Below are positions 20,171 through 30,940 of a stretch of DNA of 64,000 nt, in pieces. The translations under genes were made by a program, and so were the position numbers. The stretch lies in IMG/VR virus record IMGVR_UViG_3300037010_003311, positions 1 through 64,000 of that record; one strand, given 5' to 3'. Each line of letters starts with the position of its first letter. Position 1 is the stretch's first letter. The notes under the pieces were generated by a model. The model saw nothing but the letters and a program-made list of their open reading frames with translations. It had not been told where the DNA came from and searched no databases.

Positions 20171-20782
20171 ATGTTTAGTGATGATAAAGATTGGGAATTA
20201 ACTTTAGATGTTAAAAAACAAGAAGAATTAAATGTTATAGAACCTGCGATAAAAGCATTGGAAGATATAGCATCAGATTGTAAAATTTTAACGAATGAAG
20301 TGACCCGGTTGACGGAAGAAAAAATTGCTTTAATGCAAGAAGTTGATTTATTAAAAATGCAATTAATGGAATCTAAAGCCCAGATCCTAAACCGCGAGGT
20401 TACCCCATGGGAACCAAAGGGTGGTAGTTGGTATATTTTAATAGAAGGTGTAAGATTCTCAACGAGCTCTAAGAAACATAGACAATTTGGTCTCGTATAC
20501 GAAACTGAAGAGCAAGCAAAGTTAGCTAGAGATAATATGCGAACCCGTAATCGTTTACTCGCATATGTGGCGGAGCATGATATAGATGAAAATGGTAACC
20601 AATGGGTTCCAGTTTGGAAAGATAATAAGCAACCTAAAGGATTAGTATTATACGATGGTTATAGGGAAACTTATGAAGCTACTACAGTATGGGGTAACCA
20701 ACTTGTAGGCGCAGTATATATGTCACAAAAATGTGCTGAAAAGCTAGCAAAAGATTTAAATTCAGGGAGAGTAAAATTATGA
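20171..20782 (+). CDS. phage hypothetical protein with coiled coil
   Basis: 203-aa ORF with RBS. Confidence 0.7.
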   Translation: MFSDDKDWELTLDVKKQEELNVIEPAIKALEDIASDCKILTNEVTRLTEEKIALMQEVDLLKMQLMESKAQILNREVTPWEPKGGSWYILIEGVRFSTSSKKHRQFGLVYETEEQAKLARDNMRTRNRLLAYVAEHDIDENGNQWVPVWKDNKQPKGLVLYDGYRETYEATTVWGNQLVGAVYMSQKCAEKLAKDLNSGRVKL

Positions 20783-21645
20783 GCAAAGATAAAAAAGGGT
20801 TATCTCTAGAAATGGAAAAAATAAAATTACCAACCATAGTTTTTATAGGTTTTGGTGTAGTTGGTCAATCAGTATATAATGCATTAGTCCCGAAAGCAAA
20901 AGAAAATGTTTATATAGTCGACCCAAATAAAATCATAGATACTAAGCATCAATGGGACCTAGCAGTTAGTATAAGTGATTCGGCCGATGGGTATCAGGAT
21001 GCTATTATTTTTTTAAGTGTACCAACTAGTACTGGTTTAGATATTAATGCTGAATATAATCCAGAACTAGTGGTTTATTATTTAAATGAATTATACGTTG
21101 CTGGATATAAAGGATTGGTGGTTATAAAAAGTACTATCCTTTATGCTGATATTATGAGTTTTACTAATAAGTTAAAAATTATTTATTGGCCAGAGTTCTT
21201 AAATGATCTTACACCAAATAGTGATTTCATAAATGAAATTGATATAATTCTTGGTTCTGATATGATGGAGCAGGATACTATTAAAAATTGTATACTGATA
21301 GAAAGTGTATTTGATCATATTGAAAATATAGATTATTTATCAATATCAGATGCCATAAATTTTAAATATATACGCAATAGCTATATTGCTTGGAAAATTA
21401 CATTCTGGAATATGATGGCAGATAGTAGTTTAATGGATCAACGGACACTTAAAAAGCTGATGAGAAAATATCCATTAAAATCAGAAATGATTGAAATAGC
21501 TTTGGATGGGAAACTTGGTTATGGTGGTAAATGTATTCCAAAGGATTTTGATGCATTCCATAGCACATTATCTAATAAATCAAAAATTATGTTTGAAGCA
21601 GTGAGCTCTTTTAATAGAATAATTAGAAAATTTGAAAAGGAATAA
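20779..21645 (+). CDS. UDP-glucose/GDP-mannose dehydrogenase family protein (short form)
   Basis: GFGVVG Rossmann motif, VPT, IKST, PEFL, KY..N, GYGGKCIPKD; no C-terminal domain. Confidence 0.85.
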   Translation: MSKDKKGLSLEMEKIKLPTIVFIGFGVVGQSVYNALVPKAKENVYIVDPNKIIDTKHQWDLAVSISDSADGYQDAIIFLSVPTSTGLDINAEYNPELVVYYLNELYVAGYKGLVVIKSTILYADIMSFTNKLKIIYWPEFLNDLTPNSDFINEIDIILGSDMMEQDTIKNCILIESVFDHIENIDYLSISDAINFKYIRNSYIAWKITFWNMMADSSLMDQRTLKKLMRKYPLKSEMIEIALDGKLGYGGKCIPKDFDAFHSTLSNKSKIMFEAVSSFNRIIRKFEKE

Positions 21646-21646
21646 A

Positions 21647-22150
21647 ATGAATAAATTGAATGAATTGAATAAATATCAAAAATTATTTGATATTTTTGAT
21701 TTAGTTATCCAGGATTTTCAGCATCCGGATGGCAGTGTTGGTTTTACAACAGCTGAAAAGTTTAGAATGCTAAATGAATACCAAAACTTATTAGCTGACC
21801 GTATCGAACATTCAAATAATAAACAGATGCAAAGCGCTATGAGTCGAACAGCAATGTATGAACTCAATGAAGTATTCCAAGATATTAAAAGGGCTGAAAA
21901 ACTTAAAAAATGGAGTCATAAATACCACCGGTTGGTAAATATGTTTTGTCTTAATATCACTAGTGTTGATATGTTGGAGCATCTAACCCCACTAGATATT
22001 AAGGTATATGATTACTTAATGTCTAAGAAAGAAGACATACTTGAACATTCTGGTTGGTATTATAGAGTAATACCTGAATCAATTTGGTTGTTAAAACATA
22101 TGTTTGCAATAAAGGATTCCGAAAATAATATAACCAAGGATAAAAAATGA
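21647..22150 (+). CDS. hypothetical protein
   Basis: ATG after AAGGA. Confidence 0.65.
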   Translation: MNKLNELNKYQKLFDIFDLVIQDFQHPDGSVGFTTAEKFRMLNEYQNLLADRIEHSNNKQMQSAMSRTAMYELNEVFQDIKRAEKLKKWSHKYHRLVNMFCLNITSVDMLEHLTPLDIKVYDYLMSKKEDILEHSGWYYRVIPESIWLLKHMFAIKDSENNITKDKK

Positions 22151-22473
22151 GAGAATATGCAAAATTATGGGTAGGTATTGCGATAGGTTTTGCAGTTTGT
22201 TGTATGACAACTTTTCTGGAACCATTTCATTTAAGAGGTGTAATCGAAGCTTTAAAGGATAATAATATGGCTTATTACAATAAAGCCGGTAATTTTGTTT
22301 TAAATAGACCTACACCATTAGTATGTAATAATCTTAGTGTAGTTAATAATGAGATTATATCTAATGAAGTCGAAGTTACTAATTGGTCTTTAACGGACCA
22401 AAAGGTTATACGAGATAATGAAACGAAGAGCCTTTACTCATTCGAAGGTTGCAAAATTTCAAAAACCAAATAA
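22147..22473 (+). CDS. membrane-anchored protein, paralog of 23126-23470
   Basis: N-terminal TM; shared MAYYNKA.NFVLNRPTPLVC..VTNWSLTD. Confidence 0.75.
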   Translation: MREYAKLWVGIAIGFAVCCMTTFLEPFHLRGVIEALKDNNMAYYNKAGNFVLNRPTPLVCNNLSVVNNEIISNEVEVTNWSLTDQKVIRDNETKSLYSFEGCKISKTK

Positions 22474-22775
22474 AAGGACAAAGAATAGAATATATTCAAT
22501 ATTTGATTATTAGATTAATCAGAAAACTTAAAAATAAAATGGCATATTTTTACTGGCGGATGCGACTTAATAACTTAACCGATTATAGATTAAGCTTATC
22601 TTTTTATGAAACGGTTTTTAATAAAAATTACCGTTTAACATTATGGTATATTGCTGGTAAGCGGCATGGTTACCGGGGCGCTATTCATTATGCATTCTTT
22701 AAAGTATATCACTTTTGGGGAATGGATATCTTAGATGAAAAAGAAGCAGAAGGCTTCTAATTAAAAGGAATTAAA

Positions 22776-22871
22776 ATGGGATTAATATTTTTAATAATTA
22801 GTGTTGTGTGCTTGTTCACTGGAAATTTTCTATTTGCATTAATATTTTTTACATTAATGTTTCTAGTATAA
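22776..22871 (+). CDS. 31-aa hydrophobic membrane peptide (not in ORF track)
   Basis: AAAAGGA RBS; MGLIFLIISVVCLFTGNFLFALIFFTLMFLV fills the gap between genes. Confidence 0.55.
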   Translation: MGLIFLIISVVCLFTGNFLFALIFFTLMFLV

Positions 22872-22880
22872 GGATTAAAG

Positions 22881-23111
22881 ATGGGAGAAAATCAATGTGG
22901 TCCAATTATTGAATTCACATTCGATCATTTGGATGATTTTGGGCGCAAAGTTTATAAAGGTAAATGCGAAGGATTTTCATTTACTGATATTTATAAGATG
23001 GTGAATGGTATAATTCATTACTGTACAAAAGATGGTGAACCAAGTGCCCCAACGGCGTATAATTATGTAATCATAAAAGATTACGAAGGGGTAGATCACA
23101 CATCAAATTAA
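22881..23111 (+). CDS. hypothetical protein
   Basis: RBS plus ORF. Confidence 0.6.
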   Translation: MGENQCGPIIEFTFDHLDDFGRKVYKGKCEGFSFTDIYKMVNGIIHYCTKDGEPSAPTAYNYVIIKDYEGVDHTSN

Positions 23112-23125
23112 ATAAAGGATACGAA

Positions 23126-23470
23126 ATGAGATTATTTACCAAAACTGGGTTATGGTGTGGATTAGGTTTTATAGTTTTTTGTATAGCAACTTTTTTTCAG
23201 CTAATTAGTGTAAGACATGAACTGGTTAAAAACGATATGGCTTATTACAATAAAGCCGATAATTTTGTTTTAAATAGACCAACACCATTAGTATGTAAGA
23301 GAGATACATTCATTAATAATGAGTATACTGTTAAAGAATTCGACGTTACTAATTGGTCTCTAACTGATGAAAAGTTTATACTAGATAACGAGACGAATCG
23401 GCTTTTCACATTTGAAAGTTGCAAAATTTCAAAAGATGTTATTAAAAAGGGGATAAATGAAAATAGTTAG
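23126..23470 (+). CDS. membrane-anchored protein, paralog of 22147-22473
   Basis: clear protein and DNA similarity to 22147-22473. Confidence 0.75.
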   Translation: MRLFTKTGLWCGLGFIVFCIATFFQLISVRHELVKNDMAYYNKADNFVLNRPTPLVCKRDTFINNEYTVKEFDVTNWSLTDEKFILDNETNRLFTFESCKISKDVIKKGINENS

Positions 23471-24053
23471 AGATATGAATGTATTTGATTATATTAATAC
23501 TATAAAAGAGAAACCAGAGAAGGTACATTATGGGTTTGAAACTCTGCAGCGGAAGTATCAGACAAGTTCTGGACCAAGTACTATACTAAATTTAATTATG
23601 CTTGGTAACGAGTACGATGATGAATTAATCATACCTGACTACCAAAGAGATCTAGTTTGGACCTTAAAACAGAAGCAAGATCTTATATTAAGTATTTTAT
23701 TTGGTAATCCAATCGGAGACTTTATTTTTAAGAAAGTTAAATATAAAGGTAGTACTACGCATATAATCTGGTCGGTTATAGATGGTCAACAACGCATGAA
23801 TGCAATAAAAGGTTTTGTGACCAATGAATTTAATCTACCAGATGGAAGAAAATTTGAAGATCTTGAGTATTGGGATATACGCGAGTTTATAGATGGATAT
23901 CAATTGCAATCATATGTGGTTGGTGATATATCCAAAGAGGCCGAACTGGAACTATATTTCAAAAGAAATTTTGGTGGTACAGCTCACTCATTAGAAGATT
24001 TGAAACGTTTTTATGAAATAGATTTAAAAATAAAGGATACATACGGACAATAG
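23457..24053 (+). CDS. DUF262 (GmrS/ParB-Srx-like) domain protein
   Basis: IPDYQRDLVW, P.G, IDGQQR motifs. Confidence 0.85.
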   Translation: MKIVRDMNVFDYINTIKEKPEKVHYGFETLQRKYQTSSGPSTILNLIMLGNEYDDELIIPDYQRDLVWTLKQKQDLILSILFGNPIGDFIFKKVKYKGSTTHIIWSVIDGQQRMNAIKGFVTNEFNLPDGRKFEDLEYWDIREFIDGYQLQSYVVGDISKEAELELYFKRNFGGTAHSLEDLKRFYEIDLKIKDTYGQ

Positions 24054-24176
24054 AACACCGAGTAGAAACACTGGCGCTAAGTATCTAGGTTGGGTAAGAT
24101 ACCTGAAGATGAAGCTGATTTAACTAAACCGTTAGATCATAAATTATATAATAACTTTGGTTATTAAGGAGATAAA

Positions 24177-24821
24177 ATGGAAATCAAAATTTTAATGGAT
24201 ACTGAGTTTACTAGAGTGATTAAAATACAGGATAAGGTATTTAAACTTATTTATATTAATGAGTGCCATACTAATGGTACTATCAAATATATTTTCACAA
24301 TTGATACCTTACTGCCTAATAATACTTGGGAACGGGTCGCTACTCATTTAGATACTGACTATAAACCAGGAAAAGGAACTTGGGCGGTGGGTGAAAAAGC
24401 TAAAGATCAAGAACAATATTACGAAAGCATGATATCTTACATTAAAAAAGTTTTTTTAGTCGATACCGAAACAGAAGATAAAAAATATACAAATATACCA
24501 ATTAGTGGTATATTATTAGAAATTGATCGAGAAATTGGTAAAATCACTTTAGATAATAATTGGACATATGATTTTGGGAGCCTCAGCCTAACTATGATCA
24601 AAAATATCCACAGTGATGAAAGTTATAATGATATTTTTATTCATAATGGTATGCAACTATCGGATAGCGGATATCTAGCTCATACAACGAACAATGGAAT
24701 ACGACTTGGCCATACTGAACTTATATTGAATGAAGCTTCAAGCCTTCAAAAAAATAAGTTACTAACAATGATCGCTTCAATTGCTGATGGAGCAAAACTA
24801 GTTAATTGGGAGAATCAATGA
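24177..24821 (+). CDS. hypothetical protein
   Basis: AAGGAG RBS. Confidence 0.65.
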   Translation: MEIKILMDTEFTRVIKIQDKVFKLIYINECHTNGTIKYIFTIDTLLPNNTWERVATHLDTDYKPGKGTWAVGEKAKDQEQYYESMISYIKKVFLVDTETEDKKYTNIPISGILLEIDREIGKITLDNNWTYDFGSLSLTMIKNIHSDESYNDIFIHNGMQLSDSGYLAHTTNNGIRLGHTELILNEASSLQKNKLLTMIASIADGAKLVNWENQ

Positions 24822-25045
24822 AAAAGGGGCAAAAATCAAAAGATGGTAGAGAGATAATTACAAAAACAGTATTAAAAACAATGTTTGATGAGGTACTTAA
24901 TGATAAGGGCCCTATCGATATTTATGGTACTGAATATTTACCATCTAATATTCATAAGCGTTTAAATTCTAAAAAGTACGAAAGAGGACTTAAAGAATTT
25001 TATGATAGTGTAGGTCGGTTCTACTGTAAAACCTACGAGGGTTAA
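24818..25045 (+). CDS. hypothetical protein
   Basis: ATGA overlap with upstream gene. Confidence 0.55.
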   Translation: MKKGQKSKDGREIITKTVLKTMFDEVLNDKGPIDIYGTEYLPSNIHKRLNSKKYERGLKEFYDSVGRFYCKTYEG

Positions 25046-25066
25046 AATTAAAATAAAGGCTATAAA

Positions 25067-25498
25067 ATGGATACAATGTCCCTTATAGGGCTTATTCGGA
25101 ATAATGGGATTGATTTAAATCAATCAGAAAATGAGTTATGGTGGGATATTATCGAGGTGGCTAATTTTAGCTTAGAAACACATGGTGATGATATGGCTTC
25201 GGAATTAATCGATGAGCTAATGAGAAGCAAAAAATATTATATTGATATATGGGAGGAAATGATTTTACCGGCTCTTAAAAAACGTAGAGCCCAAGGAAAA
25301 ACTATTGATCCTTTTCGGGTTATTTATGTTTTAGTGAACTATCATCCAGGGAAACATAAGCATACCGATATAGATATGATAAAAGAACATTTATTATCAG
25401 CTCTAGGTTTATATCACCAACGGATGTTACCGGAAGAGGTCGTAGATTATTTGAAAGCAGAAGAACTATATCCAGAAGAGTGGATAGAAGAACTATAA
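25067..25498 (+). CDS. acidic hypothetical protein
   Basis: ORF with RBS. Confidence 0.65.
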   Translation: MDTMSLIGLIRNNGIDLNQSENELWWDIIEVANFSLETHGDDMASELIDELMRSKKYYIDIWEEMILPALKKRRAQGKTIDPFRVIYVLVNYHPGKHKHTDIDMIKEHLLSALGLYHQRMLPEEVVDYLKAEELYPEEWIEEL

Positions 25499-25516
25499 CA
25501 GTAAGAAAGGTTATAA

Positions 25517-25918
25517 ATGTTTAAGGGTGCAAAAATTGGAGATAAAGTTTGGTACATAGGTAGAGGATGGGGAACAATAGTTGACATTGTTCCTAATTCA
25601 TCATACCCAATCGTGGTTGAGTTTAAACTGGATCAGGTGATTTCCTTTTTAGTTGATGGCCGTTTATTTATAGAGGATGAGTATCCAGTATTATTTTGGA
25701 ACGAGGTTGTTATATCAGATAGTGCTTATAAAAAACCTTTACCTAAAGATACAAAAGTTCTGGTATGGGATATAGATGAATTTGAAGCATTAAAAAGACA
25801 CTTTAGTCATTTCGATAAAGATGGTAGAATTTGGGTATTTAATTGTGGTACCACATCGTGGTCATCGAATACAGTAAGTTCGTGGCCTAATTATAAAATA
25901 GTTGAGGAGAATGAATGA
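25517..25918 (+). CDS. phage hypothetical protein, possibly distantly related to the 40.5-42.8 kb family
   Basis: YPIVV..F..DG and VLVWD..HFSHF...G segments. Confidence 0.6.
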   Translation: MFKGAKIGDKVWYIGRGWGTIVDIVPNSSYPIVVEFKLDQVISFLVDGRLFIEDEYPVLFWNEVVISDSAYKKPLPKDTKVLVWDIDEFEALKRHFSHFDKDGRIWVFNCGTTSWSSNTVSSWPNYKIVEENE

Positions 25919-25964
25919 TTATACGTTTCGATCCTTTTAAAATAGAACACTTAGGAGATGATTA

Positions 25965-26195
25965 ATGGAATTACGAGAAACCCACACAACTGTTTCAGTT
26001 GAAATGACTCTTCATGAAATCGAGTACATTCGCCGTATGACTCAGAATTATATGGCTGGACCCGAGGAATCATCAACTGATTTCCAAACTCGTTTATCCT
26101 TATTCGTAGGATCATCAAGAATATTAGGTTATGATATGGAGGACGACGGTTCCATAAAAAAGGCAAAAGAAATTATAGCTATACTGGATCAGTAA
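25965..26195 (+). CDS. hypothetical protein
   Basis: AGGAG RBS. Confidence 0.55.
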   Translation: MELRETHTTVSVEMTLHEIEYIRRMTQNYMAGPEESSTDFQTRLSLFVGSSRILGYDMEDDGSIKKAKEIIAILDQ

Positions 26196-26227
26196 GCTAT
26201 ATAAAATTATATACAACGGACAAAAAA

Positions 26228-26458
26228 ATGAATTATGATTTAAAAGCAGACGATAAAAAATTTACGGTAAAGATCGATTCAGCCAAACAATATGGATATT
26301 TTGAACATCACACGTATGGTGATGAAATGGGTGGTGGATTGTGGTTTGAGAATAAAATCTTAACCGATTTCGATGGAATGATGGTACTTCCTAAAGAAGT
26401 GGCCAATCTTATAAATGAATTAGGCTATTATGCCAACTTGGAGGAATTTTGTGAGTAA
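26228..26458 (+). CDS. phage hypothetical protein
   Basis: GYFEH..GGLWF..DFDG...LPKEV. Confidence 0.65.
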   Translation: MNYDLKADDKKFTVKIDSAKQYGYFEHHTYGDEMGGGLWFENKILTDFDGMMVLPKEVANLINELGYYANLEEFCE

Positions 26459-26684
26459 TAAAAAATTTATACAACTGGTACCAAAATTTAAAATGGGGCA
26501 ACTGGTTTGGTTAGCGAATGGATCATCGGGTAGAGTATCAGAAATTACTATTCGTGAGGATACTATACTGTATCGGCTGAATAATATTCATAGCGAAATG
26601 AAGCTTGAATACCAGGTATTTAGTGATAAAGATGAATATCTAAATTTTCATGCTTCACAATTTAAGGAGAGTAACGATGAATGA
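26451..26684 (+). CDS. hypothetical protein
   Basis: GTG after GGAGG. Confidence 0.5.
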   Translation: MSNKKFIQLVPKFKMGQLVWLANGSSGRVSEITIREDTILYRLNNIHSEMKLEYQVFSDKDEYLNFHASQFKESNDE

Positions 26685-26937
26685 AATCGAACGCAATACG
26701 ATAGTTAAAGCAACTAGAACTAAAGATGGTTTTAGTTATCAAGCAAAATATTATGCTAAGTGTGGAGATAAGCATGCTGTTGATTTCAATGGTACGAATG
26801 CTATGTTAGTCGATGAAGTAGAAGTACTTTCAACTTTATCCAAAAAAGAAGCGAAGCAAATCATTTCGCAAATGTTTAGTAAAGGTCGAACCCCGACATC
26901 TAGCATGATTCGGGAAGTTATTGATCTTATACAATGA
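26677..26937 (+). CDS. hypothetical protein
   Basis: ATG after AAGGAG. Confidence 0.55.
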   Translation: MNEIERNTIVKATRTKDGFSYQAKYYAKCGDKHAVDFNGTNAMLVDEVEVLSTLSKKEAKQIISQMFSKGRTPTSSMIREVIDLIQ

Positions 26938-26979
26938 GTCAAAAATTAGATAAAATAAACAACGCATAAAGGAAATAAA

Positions 26980-28194
26980 ATGCAAAACTGTTATAAATCA
27001 AACCCATATAGTGGGTCAGTGTTAGATATTAATATTGCTAAACAACTAGTTCGTAATATAGTAAATTTATGCGAATCGAAATCTATATTGCTATCCGATG
27101 GTAAAAGCAAAATCGAAACAATTTTCATTGGACTTGATTTGGTAAGAACTATTTATAATGTACTTGGGATTGATTACCAAGAATCAGTAACTGGGGACAA
27201 AGAAATAGACAACAAAAATTTTTTGGAATCGATTACATCAAATATTGAAAAATTTATAAAATATTATGATGGAGGAATATTTATGGGATTCGTGAAAAAA
27301 AATAAGGACTATTATTTGATATTAGATACAACTGATGAATCAGTTCGTCAAGCATTAAGAGATGGTAGTTTATTCGCACCAACTGGAGATGAACCAGTTG
27401 ATGATAAAGTTAGTTTAGATGATCAGAAAGAAACCACAGGAGATTATTCTCCTCAAATTTCAACATTGTTAGAGTGTTTTGGTATTCAACTTGAAGACGT
27501 TATAGATGAAACAATTGAAAACATTAAACTAAAAGATCTAGAAAAAACTAGAAAAGAGTTTGAGAACCTAGTAATCAAACATAATGAAAAAGTTGAGCAG
27601 CTATTTACTAGTAACTCAAAATGGGGCCATATCATGGAAGCTGCTAAACAGCTTAACCCAAATATTACACCGGAGTATTTAAACCAGTACAGTGCACTAT
27701 CGATTCTCAATAATCAATATGTTGATGATAATTTTGATTTAATTTCAATTTTTAAAGCTTACATACCAACAATTGAAAATGCTGCAACGGATATTAATCC
27801 AGATTTAAAATTACCAGTCATTTTCGTGGATGGTACTGGCTTGTTTGTAGAAATTACTGGTAAAGTTAAAATAGATGTTAACTCTAAATTATATTCTATG
27901 GAGGAAATTAATGACGAATTAACCGAATTAGTTTATAAAATTCGTGTGATACCAAATGTTTGGTTCTATCATACCGATAATTTATCTGATCATTATAAGG
28001 ATATAATTGAATATCTAAATACAGATTTTTACAAAATTGATTCAATTTCCACGTTTGAGACAATACTCGGTTACCAATATATTAAATTAAAAGAAAATAT
28101 TGATAAAATATTGGGACTCTATGTTAAGATTTTTCAATATATGTTAGTTGCTTCGAATATGCAAAAACTTGATAACTATGATTTAATCTCATGA
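26980..28194 (+). CDS. large acidic hypothetical protein
   Basis: 404-aa ORF with RBS. Confidence 0.75.
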   Translation: MQNCYKSNPYSGSVLDINIAKQLVRNIVNLCESKSILLSDGKSKIETIFIGLDLVRTIYNVLGIDYQESVTGDKEIDNKNFLESITSNIEKFIKYYDGGIFMGFVKKNKDYYLILDTTDESVRQALRDGSLFAPTGDEPVDDKVSLDDQKETTGDYSPQISTLLECFGIQLEDVIDETIENIKLKDLEKTRKEFENLVIKHNEKVEQLFTSNSKWGHIMEAAKQLNPNITPEYLNQYSALSILNNQYVDDNFDLISIFKAYIPTIENAATDINPDLKLPVIFVDGTGLFVEITGKVKIDVNSKLYSMEEINDELTELVYKIRVIPNVWFYHTDNLSDHYKDIIEYLNTDFYKIDSISTFETILGYQYIKLKENIDKILGLYVKIFQYMLVASNMQKLDNYDLIS

Positions 28195-28538
28195 AATTAG
28201 TAGTTATTGGAAGTCGAGGCTTTAATAACTACTAATTGTTATTTCAAACACTAGAAAAAATCAATGAATCTGGAAATATAGAGTTAATTGTTTCTGGTGG
28301 AGCAGCTGGTGCAGATAGTTTAGCTGAACGTTATGCTAAAGAACGTAATATTCCTATTCTTATCATTAAGCCAGAATGGGAACTTTATGGTAAATCGGCT
28401 GGTTTCATACGTAATGAAAAATTATGGAATGCCGCAACACAAGGTATAGCATTCTGGGATGGGCAAAGTAAAGGTACTGCCCATTCATTCCAGATTGCCA
28501 AAAAGCAGAATAAACCACTTACTATCATAAGGTATTAA
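28191..28538 (+). pseudogene. SLOG/YspA (DUF2493-like) protein interrupted by an in-frame TAA
   Basis: ATG at 28191 reads MKLVVIGSRGFNNY*LLFQ..., continuing in frame into VSGGAAGAD..AG.IRN..AFWDG.SKGT. Confidence 0.75.
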
Positions 28539-28539
28539 T

Positions 28540-28752
28540 ATGAATAAAAAAAATAAAAGGATGCCAGTCCATAAATTAAAACGTGGTAGCCAATTTTCAT
28601 TACTAGATGATGATGGGAATATACTTAAGTGTACTTTTATAAAATGCGATGGGGCTTATGCCCAAATTATAATACAGTCTACAAATGAGTTACAATTTAT
28701 AGGTTGTATGACCGAGATTGAGGTTGTTCCGGACAGAAAGGATACCAAATGA
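28540..28752 (+). CDS. hypothetical protein
   Basis: ORF packed between neighbours. Confidence 0.55.
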   Translation: MNKKNKRMPVHKLKRGSQFSLLDDDGNILKCTFIKCDGAYAQIIIQSTNELQFIGCMTEIEVVPDRKDTK

Positions 28753-29003
28753 AAAAAGGTGATTGGATATATGACCCAAATGATGGTGATATCTGGCAGC
28801 TAGAGATTGATGCTGAACCGGGTAGTTACGCAATGGAGGACTGTATTTTATGGGAACCGATCCATGGTTCAGATTATATTGCAATTAAGAACGATGAGGA
28901 TGAAAACAGTTTCACCGTAGCTATATTTAATAAGCAATTACATGATAACTTAAAGTATGAACCATATCTTGGTCCATTACCAACCTGGTTATTAAAAAAT
29001 TAA
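28749..29003 (+). CDS. hypothetical protein
   Basis: ATGA overlap, RBS. Confidence 0.6.
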   Translation: MKKGDWIYDPNDGDIWQLEIDAEPGSYAMEDCILWEPIHGSDYIAIKNDEDENSFTVAIFNKQLHDNLKYEPYLGPLPTWLLKN

Positions 29004-29016
29004 AAAAGGATAAATT

Positions 29017-29334
29017 ATGGCAACACCATGTGTAATTAAAATTGAAGGTATAAATTTTGCAAAAATCTATAAACATTGGGATGGGGATAGTGACGATCTT
29101 TTCATCTGGTTACAAGATTTCAATAAAAAGTTTGAAGCTATTAGAAAGAGTGACCCAGAATATAAGTTTGCACAATTATTGCGAAATGCTTATGCAGATG
29201 CTTTAAATTCCCCAAATTCCCCACTAGATGGTTCATTGGATACTGGTTGGGGGGTCGTTAGCTTTAATGACCAAACTGGGGCATATGTTGAATACCTTCT
29301 AACTGGAACTGAGGTTATTAAAAAAATTTTATAA
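29017..29334 (+). CDS. phage hypothetical protein
   Basis: IYKHWDG motif. Confidence 0.65.
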   Translation: MATPCVIKIEGINFAKIYKHWDGDSDDLFIWLQDFNKKFEAIRKSDPEYKFAQLLRNAYADALNSPNSPLDGSLDTGWGVVSFNDQTGAYVEYLLTGTEVIKKIL

Positions 29335-29342
29335 AGGCACCA

Positions 29343-30428
29343 ATGATGAAAATGATTAATACTAAAGCCGAGCTAATAGAATATTTATTTGAATTATCAA
29401 AAGATACAATCCAAATAAATCCAGATTTAAATGGTATAGTAGTTGATATTCACAGGAAGTTATTAGATCAACCAAAGATCAAAAAACAGATTAAAGGTGT
29501 TGATATTATTTGGATTGATGATAGCAATGAGTTGATAAATAGACATAAAGGATTAATTGAAAAATTCGATATAAAGCGTAGTGCTTTATTTCCATTTAAA
29601 ATCAATGATCTATTACAATGGTTATTTGATGGAGCTTCTGTGGAAATCCCGGAGTTATTTCTATATTACAAGAAAGAGATAGATGGAATACTTTGGTATC
29701 TTCATAATAGCTTTTTAAAGAATATAAGATTTGTAGTTCTTTTAAATGAACATGGTAATAGTCTTTATAACAATGATACTTTCCAGGTATTAAAGTTTTA
29801 TAAGTTTTTGATTCAGCAACAGAAGTTAAATCAATCACAACTGATGCAATATTTTCCAAATAAAAACTATCGTAAAGAATTTGTAGCTAGGATGAATGAA
29901 ATCCAACTTGCCGATACGGGGAATGCTAAATCACTTTATGAATTACTATTATCTGGAGCATTTGGAAAAAATTATAGTGCCGCAGATATTCAAAAACTTA
30001 TCGAATCAACTTATGGTGAAGTAGTTGATACTAAAACAGATACCACTACACTTGAGGAAATCAATAATATTTTATCCAGTCATGAAGATAGTAAACGTAT
30101 GCAAGATTCTAAAGTTATTACTACTCTTAACCAGCAAGTAATAGATGATCTCCAACTGACTATATTTGATGTAAGGACCATCAAAGCAAAGAATCTTATA
30201 TTATATATCTTTATCGATAAAGATAATAATAAACGGTATTATTACGAACCATTTAGTTATACTTTTTTCATATCTATGAATCCAAGTATTATTCAAAATG
30301 ATTATTTGGTTGATTACGATCCCCAAATTCATATACCATACACTATGACTAATTATGATCAGGTTACAAAATTTAAATTTGCAATAACCGATCTATATAA
30401 AAAGCATATGGTTAAATTTTTAAAATAG
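29343..30428 (+). CDS. hypothetical protein
   Basis: 361-aa ORF. Confidence 0.75.
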   Translation: MMKMINTKAELIEYLFELSKDTIQINPDLNGIVVDIHRKLLDQPKIKKQIKGVDIIWIDDSNELINRHKGLIEKFDIKRSALFPFKINDLLQWLFDGASVEIPELFLYYKKEIDGILWYLHNSFLKNIRFVVLLNEHGNSLYNNDTFQVLKFYKFLIQQQKLNQSQLMQYFPNKNYRKEFVARMNEIQLADTGNAKSLYELLLSGAFGKNYSAADIQKLIESTYGEVVDTKTDTTTLEEINNILSSHEDSKRMQDSKVITTLNQQVIDDLQLTIFDVRTIKAKNLILYIFIDKDNNKRYYYEPFSYTFFISMNPSIIQNDYLVDYDPQIHIPYTMTNYDQVTKFKFAITDLYKKHMVKFLK

Positions 30429-30440
30429 AATTGGGGGTTA

Positions 30441-30653
30441 ATGATGAGTAAACATGTCGTATATATTAATCGTGGTGATGAAAAAGAAAAAATTGTAATC
30501 GTAATAAGTGATACAACGGTGGCCACAAAACCTCACAATATGCTAATCGAAGATGCTGTAGTAGAAATGATAGAGGATATTGGAGAATTTGATTATGCCT
30601 ATCTTAAAGAATTGGTACAACAGGATTGTCACTTGCATCCAGGGAGTATGTGA
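30441..30653 (+). CDS. hypothetical protein
   Basis: ORF with GGGG RBS. Confidence 0.5.
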   Translation: MMSKHVVYINRGDEKEKIVIVISDTTVATKPHNMLIEDAVVEMIEDIGEFDYAYLKELVQQDCHLHPGSM

Positions 30654-30720
30654 GAGCGTAGTGGTACTAAGTACTAGATAAATCGTTCGAGAGTTGATGA
30701 ATATATAATGGAGATTATAA

Positions 30721-30933
30721 ATGGCACAAATGACTTTTTGTAGAGACAAAGATGGAGTAATAGTTAGAGCTACTACAGCGTTGGGCGTGAAAAAGCTCTA
30801 TGCTATAGGTTGCAAAATTTTATTCGCTATTAGTGGTAGGAACTTATCCTTTGTTGATATTCATGATAATTGTATTTTAGCAAATGAATATTTAAGGGGT
30901 AAAGATATAAATAAAGTTTCGATAAAGGAGTAG
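30721..30933 (+). CDS. hypothetical protein
   Basis: GGAG RBS. Confidence 0.5.
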   Translation: MAQMTFCRDKDGVIVRATTALGVKKLYAIGCKILFAISGRNLSFVDIHDNCILANEYLRGKDINKVSIKE

Positions 30934-30940
30934 TGATTCA

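Noticed and set aside
22449-22760. ORF 22449-22760 as a confident gene
   Set aside because: Start is ambiguous with no clear RBS and no recognisable motif; may be real but is left uncalled.
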